A stretch of 64,000 nucleotides of DNA from Bacilli bacterium (GTDB taxonomy: Bacteria > Bacillota_I > Bacilli_A > RF39 > UBA660), in the NCBI GenBank assembly GCA_017442305.1, contig JAFRZY010000001.1, forward strand, positions 2,632 through 66,631, in the 5' to 3' direction. Below the pieces are notes generated by a model that did not search any database, was not told the DNA's origin, and was given only the letters and a program-made list of their open reading frames with translations. How positions within the stretch are numbered: position 1 is the stretch's first letter; every line of letters begins with the position of its first letter. Position numbers and translations under genes: made by a program. Below, in pieces: positions 18,349-28,090 of the stretch.

Positions 18349-20094
18349 ATGAGAAATTTTAGAGAAGAAGAAAGTTTAAACACATTAAACCATAGTTGTG
18401 CTCATTTACTTGCACAAGCTGTAAAGCATTTATATCCAAATGCTAAGTTTTGGGTAGGACCGGTAGTTGATGAAGGGTTTTACTATGATATTGATTTAGG
18501 AGATACTACTTTAACAGAAGAAGATTTGCCAGCAATTGAAAAAGAAATGAAAAAATTAGCTAAGGATGGTAAAAGAATTTTTAGGGAAGAAATTTCTAAA
18601 AGTGAAGCTTTAGAAAGATTTAAAGACGATGAATATAAATTAGATTTAATTAGCAGAATGGATGAAGAAGACACTGTAATTAGTTGTTATACTCAAGGTG
18701 ACTTTACTGACCTTTGTCGTGGACCTCATGTTGAAACAGTTAAAGTATTAAAGAATTTTAAGTTATTAAAAGTTAGCGGAGCTTATTGGAAAGGTGATGC
18801 TAACAACAAAATGCTTCAAAGAATATATGGTGTTTGTTTTCCAACGGAAGAAGAACTTAATGAACATTTAACTTTCTTAGATGAAGCAAAAAAAAGAGAC
18901 CATAAAAAATTAGGTAAAGAATTAGAACTATTTATGATGAGCGAATTTGGTCCAGGGTTTCCATTCTTCTTACATAATGGAATGATTGTTAGAAATGAAC
19001 TTGAAAACTTTTGGTATCAAGAACATACTAAAGAAGGGTATGAATTTATTAAAACTCCAATAATGTTAAATAAGGAGTTATGGGAATTATCCGGACACTG
19101 GTTTAATTACCGTGAAAATATGTATGTAAGTGAAATTGATGAAAGAACATTTGCGGTTAAACCAATGAACTGTCCAGGCGGAATGTTAGTTTATAAAAAC
19201 TCTTTACATTCATATCGTGATTTACCACTACGTGTTGGGGAATTGGGTCAAGTTCATAGACATGAAGCAAGTGGAGCTTTAAATGGATTATTTAGAGTTA
19301 GAACATTTACTCAAGATGATGCCCATATATTTATGAGAGAAGATCAAATTGAAGAAGAAGTAGTTAAATTAATTAACTTTATTGATCGTGTATATAAAAT
19401 TTTTGGACTATCTTATGATATTGAATTATCAACAAGACCTGAAGAAAAATATATTGGCGATATTGCTATTTGGGAAAAAAGTGAAAAAGCTTTAGAAGAA
19501 GCATGTCACAAAGCAGGCCATGAATGCAAAATTAATCCAGGCGATGGAGCATTCTATGGACCTAAATTAGATTTCCATATTAAAGATTCTTTAGGTAGAG
19601 TATGGCAATGTGGAACAATTCAACTAGATATGAATTTACCAGAAAGATTTGATTTAAATTATATTGCTGAGGATGGAACAAAAAAACGTCCAGTTATGTT
19701 ACATCGCGTTATATTTGGTTCTATTGAAAGATTTATTGGTATATTAATTGAACATTATGCTGGAGCATTTCCTTTATGGCTTGCACCAACCCAAATTAAT
19801 ATAATTCCTGTTAATAATGAATATCATTTAGAATATGCTAAAACTGTATATAATAAATTAGTTTCATTAGGATTAAGAGTTAAACTTGATGACCGTAATG
19901 AAAAATTATCTTATAAAATGCGTGAATCTCAAACTAAAAAGACTCCAATAACTTTAATTTTAGGAGATAAAGAAAGAGATAATCAAGAAATTAGCTTTAG
20001 AAAATTTGGAAGTCAAGAAACTGTTAGTTTGAGTATGGAAGAATTTATTACTTCTGTAGAAAAGGTAGTTGAAGAAAGAACTTATAATATTTAA
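18349..20094 (+). CDS. thrS: Threonyl-tRNA synthetase (no N-terminal TGS domain)
   Basis: Start trimmed to ATG 18349 (SD aggagg). HSCAHLLAQAV editing-domain motif at residue 15. Class II core and anticodon-binding domain. Preceded by a T-box. Confidence 0.9.
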   Translation: MRNFREEESLNTLNHSCAHLLAQAVKHLYPNAKFWVGPVVDEGFYYDIDLGDTTLTEEDLPAIEKEMKKLAKDGKRIFREEISKSEALERFKDDEYKLDLISRMDEEDTVISCYTQGDFTDLCRGPHVETVKVLKNFKLLKVSGAYWKGDANNKMLQRIYGVCFPTEEELNEHLTFLDEAKKRDHKKLGKELELFMMSEFGPGFPFFLHNGMIVRNELENFWYQEHTKEGYEFIKTPIMLNKELWELSGHWFNYRENMYVSEIDERTFAVKPMNCPGGMLVYKNSLHSYRDLPLRVGELGQVHRHEASGALNGLFRVRTFTQDDAHIFMREDQIEEEVVKLINFIDRVYKIFGLSYDIELSTRPEEKYIGDIAIWEKSEKALEEACHKAGHECKINPGDGAFYGPKLDFHIKDSLGRVWQCGTIQLDMNLPERFDLNYIAEDGTKKRPVMLHRVIFGSIERFIGILIEHYAGAFPLWLAPTQINIIPVNNEYHLEYAKTVYNKLVSLGLRVKLDDRNEKLSYKMRESQTKKTPITLILGDKERDNQEISFRKFGSQETVSLSMEEFITSVEKVVEERTYNI

Positions 20095-20153
20095 GTTCTT
20101 TTTATTTGCATTTAGGTATAATTGTTAGTAAACTTATTATAGTAGGTGTTAAT

Positions 20154-21386
20154 ATGGATATAAATGAAATTTTAAATAAAGCTTATATGGAATTAAAACC
20201 GTTAATTATTTCAATAAAAGAACATAATACTTGTGAACACTGTACAGGAACATTTTTAAATGTTTCATGTAAATATTGTGGTAGTATAGATCCGGTTTTA
20301 GATCACTTAGTAACAAAATTAAATGCTGAGTTAATAAAATTAGATAATGAGTTAAGCCCATACAAAAATAGTAAAATGCCACTAAATAAATTGTTTAATT
20401 TATTTATGCTTTTATATGATCGAGAAATACCAATGCTTGATATCATGCTTGATAATTATAAATATAGGGATGTTTATTATAGCTTTTATAATGACTCACT
20501 TGAAAAAATGAATAATGGTCAAGAGTTTAGCGAATTAGAAATGGATACTATAGAAAGTATGATTAATTCTAATAATGGGAATGTTGAATTATTAAATTAT
20601 TATAATTATTTTATACGTAATACTTTCTTAAGGAGTCAAAATGTAAGCTATGAAACATTTAGAGTTATAATAAAACAATATATGGAATTAATGATAAAAA
20701 AAGTATATCCGAATGGTAAATGTATTATTGATAATAAATTAAAGGAAGAAATTGGGGGAAATGCTTTTCATGGCATAGTAAGCATTAATGAAATAGATAT
20801 TAAATATTTTTATGAGGGTTTAAGTTTCTTTTTGTTATTTACTATGACTCATGAATTACAGCATACTTATCAATATAAAGAAATATATTGTGATGAACAT
20901 TATATAACGCCATTTTTAATGGATCAAATAAAAGAATTTGCTATATTCGATCATAACGTTGAGTATTATCTTCAAAATCATGATAATATTTCTTTTGAAA
21001 AAGAAGCGGAAATGATTGGGATAGGAGATGCTGTCCAATTTATAAACTTTTTAGAAATAGAATTACCATCACTAGAATATTTTATAAAAAGAAAAGCAGA
21101 GTTTGAAGAAAAACTTTATGATAGAAAAAGAATTTTAAATGGTGAAGATACAACATTAGATGATGAATTTGCTAAAGTAATTGCTAAACACCCAGGGGTT
21201 TTAAAAAAATATAATAAACTAAATTTGCTATATAAAGTCGTTGAAGGTAAGGCAGAAGCTAAAACTATTGATGAGTTGGTGAATGATTTTAATAATATGA
21301 TGGAAAATCCTGAATTAAATGACGAGCAACGTAAATTATATATGGAGTTTTACCGACATTATATTGGGGTTAGCAGAAGAAATTAA
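20154..21386 (+). CDS. Zn-ribbon + HExxH protein (putative metallopeptidase-like)
   Basis: Start trimmed to ATG 20154 (SD aggtg). CEHCTG...CKYCGS Cys4 ribbon near the N-terminus. FTMTHELQH HExxH motif mid-protein. Confidence 0.45.
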   Translation: MDINEILNKAYMELKPLIISIKEHNTCEHCTGTFLNVSCKYCGSIDPVLDHLVTKLNAELIKLDNELSPYKNSKMPLNKLFNLFMLLYDREIPMLDIMLDNYKYRDVYYSFYNDSLEKMNNGQEFSELEMDTIESMINSNNGNVELLNYYNYFIRNTFLRSQNVSYETFRVIIKQYMELMIKKVYPNGKCIIDNKLKEEIGGNAFHGIVSINEIDIKYFYEGLSFFLLFTMTHELQHTYQYKEIYCDEHYITPFLMDQIKEFAIFDHNVEYYLQNHDNISFEKEAEMIGIGDAVQFINFLEIELPSLEYFIKRKAEFEEKLYDRKRILNGEDTTLDDEFAKVIAKHPGVLKKYNKLNLLYKVVEGKAEAKTIDELVNDFNNMMENPELNDEQRKLYMEFYRHYIGVSRRN

Positions 21387-21389
21387 ATA

Positions 21390-21418
21390 TTGATTTTAAA
21401 TCTTCAAAATAGTATAAT
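21390..21418 (+). promoter_or_regulatory. SigA-type promoter of the leuS leader
   Basis: TTGATT (21390..21395), 17-nt spacer, TATAAT (21413..21418). Confidence 0.55.
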
Positions 21419-21424
21419 ACTTTT

Positions 21425-21607
21425 AAGCAGATGAAGAAAGAGTAGTAGTAAGGGAATTTTTTAAGAGAGTTAGTGGTTGGTGCAAACTAATAAAAAGAAC
21501 TTATGAACTTGCTTTTGGATGTATTGGGGTAATCTCCCTTAAAAGATTTAGAGAACAAATTAAGGTGGTACCACGAATCTTTCGTCCTTTGGATGAGAGA
21601 TTTTTTT
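21425..21607 (+). promoter_or_regulatory. T-box riboswitch leader (Leu)
   Basis: Stem I AGAGAGTTAGTGGTTGGTGCAAACTAAT (31/32 identical to the thrS leader). CUU-A specifier candidate (aaCTTAtg). T-box AAGGTGGTACCACG. Terminator plus T7 run. Confidence 0.8.
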
Positions 21608-21625
21608 AATAGAAAGAGGGATTAT

Positions 21626-22051
21626 ATGAATACGTGGCAATTTTATTTAGGATTTTTTGGAGTGCTATATGTTTTAGTTTTTGTTGTGGATTATTTCTTT
21701 ATTAATTTAAGAAAGTATAATTTAATGTTTAAAAAAGCTAAAAATACTAAAAAGAAACTAACAAAAAAATCAACTAAGAAAAAAGAAGTTAAAGAATTTG
21801 GCGAAGTTAATTATTTGGTTGGTAAATTCAAATTAGATAAAAAGAAAATTAATTATAAATCAGTTATTTTATGGACTGCTATTATTAATTCTTTTATAAT
21901 TTCTTTTGTATCAACTGTAATAAGTGCTATACCTGCTCATATGATTTGGCAATTGTTAGTTGGGTTTGTGCTTATATTTGCACTTATTTATTCATTATAT
22001 GAAATTTACGGACGTATTTTAGTTAAGAAAGGTTGGGGTAAAGATGAATAA
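21626..22051 (+). CDS. Small membrane protein between the Leu T-box and leuS
   Basis: Track start 21593 lies in the T-box terminator, so ATG 21626 is preferred (141 aa). Hydrophobic segments flank a Lys-rich loop. Overlaps the leuS start by 8 nt. Confidence 0.55.
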   Translation: MNTWQFYLGFFGVLYVLVFVVDYFFINLRKYNLMFKKAKNTKKKLTKKSTKKKEVKEFGEVNYLVGKFKLDKKKINYKSVILWTAIINSFIISFVSTVISAIPAHMIWQLLVGFVLIFALIYSLYEIYGRILVKKGWGKDE

Positions 22052-24452
22052 TAAATTAGTAGAAGCTAAATGGCAAAAATATTGGCAAGATAATAAATGT
22101 TTTGAAGCTTTTAATGGTGGGGAAAAACCCCCTTATTATATTTTGGTAGAATTTCCTTATCCGAGTGGTTCTGGTCTTCATGTAGGACATGTTAGAAGTT
22201 ATACTGCTCAAGATGCAATGGCTCGTATGAAAAGATTGCAGGGGTACAATGTATTATATCCAATGGGCTGGGATGCTTTTGGAGCACCAGCTGAACAGTA
22301 TGCTATAAAAAATCATATTCATCCTAAGGATGCAGTTAAGGAAAATATTGCAACATTTAAAAGACAAATGGAAACTTTAGGTTTTTCATTCGACTGGTCT
22401 AGAGAGTTTTCTACAACTGATCCAGAATATTATAAATGGACTCAATGGCAATTTTTACAATTTTATAAACATAATATGGCTTACAAAGCAACTGTCCCAG
22501 TAAACTGGTGTCCAACATGTAAAACAGTTCTTTCTAATGAAGACGCTGCTGGCGGAGTTTGTGAACGTTGTGGTGATCAAGTTGTTCAAAAAGAAAAATC
22601 GCAATGGATGCTTAAAATGGCTGATTATGCTGAGGATTTACTTACTGGTCTAGAAGATACTAACTTTGCAGAAAAAGTAAAATTAGGTCAAATTAACTGG
22701 ATAGGTAAATCTAAAGGTGTAGAATTGGATGTAGATATTGTTGGTGGTGGAAGATTTTCAATTTTTACTACATGTATTGAAACAATTTATGGAATTACTT
22801 TCTTTGTAATTGCGCCGGATGGTAAATTAATAAAAGAATTAATGCCACGAGTTTTAAATAAAGAAGAAGTGGAAGCATATATTTTAGAAACACAAAAGAA
22901 ATCAGCAATGGATCGTACAGAACTTAATAAAGGTAAAACTGGCTGCATAGTTAAAGGAATTAAAGCAATCAATCCTGTTAATGGTCGTGAAGTTCCAATC
23001 TTCTTAGGAGACTTTGTTTTGGGTGATTACGGAACTGGTGCGGTTATGGCAGTTCCATCTCATGATCAAAGAGATTTCGAATACGCTAAAGTTCATAATT
23101 TAGAGATGGTTCAAGTAATTGAAGGAAGAGAAACTGAAACTTCTGCTTTTGAAAAACAAGATTATTTGGGTAAAGGATGTAAATTAATTAATTCTGAAGA
23201 ATTTACTGGATTAACTGTTGAAGAAGCTAAAGAAGCAATTACTAAAAAACTAGTTAAAGAAGGCATTGCTAGAGTTGTTAATAATTATAAGATGCGTGAT
23301 TGGATTTTCTCTAGACAAAGATTCTGGGGAGAACCTATCCCAATGATTAATTGTCCAGAATGTGGTTGGGTACCAGTTCCAGAAAACGAATTACCTTTAT
23401 TACTTCCAGATGTTGCAGAGTATGAACCGACTGATGATGGTGAAAGTCCACTTGCAAAAATCACTGATTGGGTAAATTGTAAGTGTCCTAAGTGTGGTAA
23501 ACCAGCTAAAAGAGAAACGGATACAATGCCTAACTGGGCTGGATCAAGTTGGTATTTCTTAAGATTTATGGATGCCAAAAATGATAATGCTTTTGCATCT
23601 ATGGACGCTATGAAATACTGGGGAAAAGTAGATTGGTATAATGGAGGTATGGAACATACAGCAAGACATCTATTATATGCTCGTTTCTGGGTACAATTCT
23701 TATACAATATTGGACTTGTTCCTAATAAAGAAATGATATGGACTCGTGTATCGCATGGTATGGTATTAGGTTCAAATAATGAAAAAATGAGTAAATCAAA
23801 AGGGAATGTTATTAATCCGGATGATATCGTTAATGAATTTGGTGCTGATACTTTAAGAATTTACGAAATGTTTATGGGAGATTATGAACAAGATGCGCCT
23901 TGGAGTACAGATTCGCTTAGAGGATGTAAACGTTTCTTAGATAAAGTTATAAAATTAAAAGATAGATTAAATGAAGAAACAGGAATTTCTAAAGATTTAG
24001 AAGTAATTATTAATAAGACTATTAAAAAAGTTACTAATGATTTAATAAATATGTCTTATAATACTGCTATTTCAGCATTGATGATTCTAACTAATGCTTA
24101 TTTAGATAAAGAAACCATTACAAAAGATGAGTATAGACTTTTATTAACATTATTAAATCCGATAGCGCCTCATACTACTGAAGAATTAAATGAGTTAATC
24201 GGTTATGAACCAATTGTAAATGGTAGATGGCCAGAATATGATGAGGCTAAAACTGTGGAAGATGAAAGAGAAGTAGGAGTACAAGTTAACGGTAAATTAA
24301 GGGGTACTATTAAAGTTTCTCTATCTACCACAGAAGAAGAAATGATTAATATGAGTATGGCTAATGCTAATGTAGTAAAATTTATCGAAGGTAAAGAGAT
24401 TGTAAAGACAATCGTTATTAAAGGAAAAATTGTTAATATTGTTGTAAAATAG
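22044..24452 (+). CDS. leuS: Leucyl-tRNA synthetase
   Basis: 802 aa. HVGH (HIGH) and KMSKS motifs, CP1 editing insertion, Cys clusters. Confidence 0.95.
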   Translation: MNNKLVEAKWQKYWQDNKCFEAFNGGEKPPYYILVEFPYPSGSGLHVGHVRSYTAQDAMARMKRLQGYNVLYPMGWDAFGAPAEQYAIKNHIHPKDAVKENIATFKRQMETLGFSFDWSREFSTTDPEYYKWTQWQFLQFYKHNMAYKATVPVNWCPTCKTVLSNEDAAGGVCERCGDQVVQKEKSQWMLKMADYAEDLLTGLEDTNFAEKVKLGQINWIGKSKGVELDVDIVGGGRFSIFTTCIETIYGITFFVIAPDGKLIKELMPRVLNKEEVEAYILETQKKSAMDRTELNKGKTGCIVKGIKAINPVNGREVPIFLGDFVLGDYGTGAVMAVPSHDQRDFEYAKVHNLEMVQVIEGRETETSAFEKQDYLGKGCKLINSEEFTGLTVEEAKEAITKKLVKEGIARVVNNYKMRDWIFSRQRFWGEPIPMINCPECGWVPVPENELPLLLPDVAEYEPTDDGESPLAKITDWVNCKCPKCGKPAKRETDTMPNWAGSSWYFLRFMDAKNDNAFASMDAMKYWGKVDWYNGGMEHTARHLLYARFWVQFLYNIGLVPNKEMIWTRVSHGMVLGSNNEKMSKSKGNVINPDDIVNEFGADTLRIYEMFMGDYEQDAPWSTDSLRGCKRFLDKVIKLKDRLNEETGISKDLEVIINKTIKKVTNDLINMSYNTAISALMILTNAYLDKETITKDEYRLLLTLLNPIAPHTTEELNELIGYEPIVNGRWPEYDEAKTVEDEREVGVQVNGKLRGTIKVSLSTTEEEMINMSMANANVVKFIEGKEIVKTIVIKGKIVNIVVK

Positions 24453-24453
24453 A

Positions 24454-24482
24454 AAAAGTACATTTTTATGTACTTTTTTTCA
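24454..24482 (+). terminator. Rho-independent terminator
   Basis: AAAAGTACAT / ATGTACTTTT stem plus T-run directly after leuS. Confidence 0.7.
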
Positions 24483-24534
24483 AATAATTCCAAATTTTTT
24501 AACATTTATATTTTATTATATATTTGGTGATAAT

Positions 24535-24705
24535 ATGAAAGTTAAAATGTTTGATGAAAGCCATGAAAAGGATTTAGAGACTGCAATTAATAACTTTTTA
24601 AATAATTTAAATGGTGATATAATTGATATTAAGTATAGTGTTGCTATTTCTGTATTTGGAGAAGAACAAGTTTACTGTTTTACAGCAATGGTAATATATA
24701 GTTAG
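24535..24705 (+). CDS. Cse60-like small sporulation protein (below the ORF-track size cutoff)
   Basis: 56 aa found by hand: MKVKMFDESHEKDLETAINNFLNNLNGDIIDIKYSVAISVFGEEQVYCFTAMVIYS. The pattern matches my recollection of the B. subtilis Cse60/YteV family. Confidence 0.6.
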   Translation: MKVKMFDESHEKDLETAINNFLNNLNGDIIDIKYSVAISVFGEEQVYCFTAMVIYS

Positions 24706-24713
24706 GTGATGTT

Positions 24714-26354
24714 ATGAAAAAAAGTTCTTTTATTGAAGGAACATTTATTGCGACATTTGCAATTGTTTTAACTAAAATTTTAGGAATGCTTTATGTAATA
24801 CCCTTTTACAAAATAGTAGGGTCTCAGGGTGGAGCTTTATATGCTTATGCATATACTATTTATGTTTTGTTTATTGATATATCAACAGCAGGAATTCCTA
24901 ATGCTATAAGTAAGATAACAAAAGAATATAATACTTTGGGTAAAGAAGAAGCTAAAGTTAGAGCTTTTAAATTAGGGATAAAATTAATTAGCATTATAGC
25001 GATTATATCTTTTTTAGTATTATTTATTTTTGCTGAACAAATAGGTATGATTTTACTAGAGGATATAACAGGTGGTAATACTATTAAGGATGTCGCATTA
25101 GTAATACGTTGTGTATCTTTTGCAATTTTAGTTATTCCGTTTTTAAGTGTTTCTCGTGGATTTTTACAAGGTCATAGTGTAATTAATGTATCTTCTTTTA
25201 GTCAAGTAATTGAACAAATTTTTCGTATTGCTGTAGTATTAGGTGGTAGTTATTTAACTTTAAATATTTTAGGATTATCTTTAACTACTGCTGTTGGAGT
25301 AGCAATGTTTGGAGCTTTCGCAGGAGGTATTGCATCCGTTATATATATAGGAACTAATATAATAAAGAATAAAAAAGAATTAAGTTTAGATACAAAATTC
25401 GAAAGAGAAGATGCAGTTACTAACAAAGAAATAATAAAGAAGATTATTACTTATGCGATACCAGTAATAATTGTTAGTGTAGCAGTATCGATATATAACA
25501 TTATTGATATGCTTATTATTTTAAATACTATCAGTAAATTAGGATTTACTGGTCCCGAAACAGAATTTATTGCTAGTGCTATTAATACGTGGTCTAGTAA
25601 AATTAATATGATTGTAACATCAGTTGGGACAGGTATGACTGCTAGTTTAATTCCAACAATTGTTAAAGCTTACACTTTAGGAGATTATAATGATGTTAAC
25701 AATAAATGTAATAAAGCATTACAAATAATTATTTTAATTTGCTTGCCAATGGTAGTAGGTATATCTTTACTTGCTAAACCAATTTGGACAATTTTTTACG
25801 GTTATAATAGTATAGGAGTTACTATATTATCATTAAATATTTTTGTAGCATTATTTTTAAATTTATTCATGGTTACTAATTTTACTTTACAAAGTGTTAA
25901 TAAGTTTAAAGTTGTCTACATTAGTGCTTTAACAGGATTTATTCTAAATGCCTTATTAGACGCACCACTTATGATTATTTTTTCTAAAATTGGAATTCCG
26001 GCATATTTAGGTGCAACAGTAGCTACCTTGATTGGTTATACAGCTTCTGTTTTAATTGCGTTATTAACACTAAAAAAACAACACAATTTTAAATATATGG
26101 AAACTATAAAAGTGTTATTTAAAACTTTACTAGCAATTATAATAATGGCTGCTGTAGTAATTTTACTTAAATCAATAATTCCAGTTAATTTAAGTAGTAC
26201 TATGAGTATTATTATCTACATTGGTGTGATTGCTTTATTTGGAGCATTAGTATACTTATTTGTTATTTGGAAGTTAAATTTAATTAATGATGTACTAGGT
26301 AAAGAGTATGTGAAAAAAATTATAAAAAAACTTACTTTTGGTAAAGTAAGTTAG
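24714..26354 (+). CDS. MOP-superfamily flippase (YtgP/SpoVB/MurJ-like)
   Basis: 546 aa, ~14 TM. N-terminus FIEGTFIATFAIVLTKILGMLYVIPFYKIVGSQGGALYAYAY resembles YtgP/SpoVB. Confidence 0.75.
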   Translation: MKKSSFIEGTFIATFAIVLTKILGMLYVIPFYKIVGSQGGALYAYAYTIYVLFIDISTAGIPNAISKITKEYNTLGKEEAKVRAFKLGIKLISIIAIISFLVLFIFAEQIGMILLEDITGGNTIKDVALVIRCVSFAILVIPFLSVSRGFLQGHSVINVSSFSQVIEQIFRIAVVLGGSYLTLNILGLSLTTAVGVAMFGAFAGGIASVIYIGTNIIKNKKELSLDTKFEREDAVTNKEIIKKIITYAIPVIIVSVAVSIYNIIDMLIILNTISKLGFTGPETEFIASAINTWSSKINMIVTSVGTGMTASLIPTIVKAYTLGDYNDVNNKCNKALQIIILICLPMVVGISLLAKPIWTIFYGYNSIGVTILSLNIFVALFLNLFMVTNFTLQSVNKFKVVYISALTGFILNALLDAPLMIIFSKIGIPAYLGATVATLIGYTASVLIALLTLKKQHNFKYMETIKVLFKTLLAIIIMAAVVILLKSIIPVNLSSTMSIIIYIGVIALFGALVYLFVIWKLNLINDVLGKEYVKKIIKKLTFGKVS

Positions 26355-26695
26355 ACCATATACATGGTATCATTTCCTGAGTTATAGTCATCTGTTGAAT
26401 AAAAAGTTTGAGATTCTAGTTTGTTAACTCTTGATTCTAAACGATTTATTTGTCTTTCAATTTTTGCAATACGATTTTCTATTTCGGTAAAAGCATTATA
26501 ATCGTAATTACCGTAGTTATTAGTTGGAAAATTCATAGCGTTTGGATTGATAGCAGATCCTGCATAAAAGCTTTGCGAAGCTTGAGCACTTTGGAATGGT
26601 TGGTTAGCAATCGGTATATTCAAGTTAGGATTAGCAAAATAACTTTGAGTACTCATGCCAGCTTCACTAAAAAACGTGTTTCGGTCTTTTTTCAT
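26351..26695 (-). CDS. Hypothetical Q/N/Y-rich protein with C-terminal coiled coil
   Basis: 114 aa. Strong SD (rc: aagggaggaactataATG). IENRIAKIERQINRLESRVNKLES heptads. Confidence 0.55.
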   Translation of the reverse strand: MKKDRNTFFSEAGMSTQSYFANPNLNIPIANQPFQSAQASQSFYAGSAINPNAMNFPTNNYGNYDYNAFTEIENRIAKIERQINRLESRVNKLESQTFYSTDDYNSGNDTMYMV

Positions 26696-26742
26696 TATAG
26701 TTCCTCCCTTACTGTTTATTATATGAAGAAATATAGAAAGTA

Positions 26743-27384
26743 GTGATATTTGTGAGATTAAGAAATATTAAAAATAAAAATGAATTAATAGAAAATTGTG
26801 AATATTTAATAGAAGATGCTAGTATTTTAAAAAATAATTGGCAAGAAGAATTTGGAAATAATAATCCTATTCATTTAGAGATTGGTATGGGTAAAGGTTC
26901 TTTTCTTCTTGGAATGGCAAAAAAGTATCCTAATATTAATTTTATTGGTGTTGAAAGATATACAGGAGTACTGGCTCGTGCTATTAATAAAATTAACAAA
27001 GAAGAAATAACTAACTTAAGAGTTATAAACATTGATGCAATAAAGCTAAATGAGGTATTCGATCATGAAATCGATACTATTTATTTAAATTTCTCTGATC
27101 CATGGCCTAAAAAAAGACATGCTAAAAGAAGATTAACTAGCGAAGATTTCTTACGTGTATATGATAATTTATTTAAAGGAGATAATTTGATTATACAAAA
27201 AACTGATAATGTTGGTTTATTTGAAAGCAGTATAGTTTCTCTTAGTACTTATGGCTATAAAATTGAAGATATTTCTCTAGATTTAGCTAACACTGATAAA
27301 GAAAATGTAATGACTGAATATGAAGAGAAGTTTGTTAACCTAGGAGTTAAGATTAATTATTTATACGCTACTAAAAAAAGATAA
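26743..27384 (+). CDS. trmB: tRNA (guanine-N7)-methyltransferase
   Basis: 213 aa. LEIGMGKGSF SAM-binding motif and FSDPWPKKRHAKRRL. Confidence 0.9.
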   Translation: MIFVRLRNIKNKNELIENCEYLIEDASILKNNWQEEFGNNNPIHLEIGMGKGSFLLGMAKKYPNINFIGVERYTGVLARAINKINKEEITNLRVINIDAIKLNEVFDHEIDTIYLNFSDPWPKKRHAKRRLTSEDFLRVYDNLFKGDNLIIQKTDNVGLFESSIVSLSTYGYKIEDISLDLANTDKENVMTEYEEKFVNLGVKINYLYATKKR

Positions 27385-27437
27385 TATTTTAATTTAATAA
27401 AAAGTCTGTTATAATGAAATAGTCTAGGAGGATTATA

Positions 27438-28076
27438 ATGAAGAAGTTATTAATACTTGGTTGTATATTAGTTTTATTAACTGGATGTACTAATCTTAAA
27501 GACAATTCTGTTGAAGATATTATTAGTGAATCTTTAGCTAGTAGAGTGGATAGTACAAATGTTAATAGAAAAGGATATCGTTATTATTTGCCTCGAGGTC
27601 TAAAAGTTATAGATAGTACGGATTATAATGAAGTGTTTAAAGATACTAAATATAAGTATTATTTATATGTCGATATAATTAGTAAGTATAATAAAATATC
27701 TGAAGAATATAAGATAAATAATAATTCCTTTATTTCTCGCAATATAAAAAATGGAGAAAAAAGAGGATATTTGGAAGTTAATGAATATGAAAATTCAAAA
27801 TATTTAATTGAAATTATGTATAATTATGCTAAAATAGAAGTAATGGTAGATGAAAATGATATTAATAAAGTTATAGCATACGCCGTTGGCATTCTGTCTT
27901 CAATTACGTATAATGATAGTGTAATTGAAAACTTGATGGGCGATGATGTTCTTAACTTTATGGAAGAAGAATTTAATATATTTGAAACTGTTAGTTCTGA
28001 TAGTAATTATTTACAATATGAAGAAGAATATAAATATGTCGAAGAAGATATACCAGATACAGATCTAGTTAATTAG
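27438..28076 (+). CDS. Lipoprotein
   Basis: Signal peptide with lipobox LLTGC. SD aggagg. Confidence 0.65.
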   Translation: MKKLLILGCILVLLTGCTNLKDNSVEDIISESLASRVDSTNVNRKGYRYYLPRGLKVIDSTDYNEVFKDTKYKYYLYVDIISKYNKISEEYKINNNSFISRNIKNGEKRGYLEVNEYENSKYLIEIMYNYAKIEVMVDENDINKVIAYAVGILSSITYNDSVIENLMGDDVLNFMEEEFNIFETVSSDSNYLQYEEEYKYVEEDIPDTDLVN

Positions 28077-28090
28077 GAAGAGGTAAAATT

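Noticed and set aside
26450-26743. 97-aa plus-strand ORF overlapping the 26351..26695 minus-strand gene.
   Set aside because: The minus-strand gene has a strong SD (aagggagg) and a coherent coiled-coil sequence. The plus ORF has no SD and an implausible composition.
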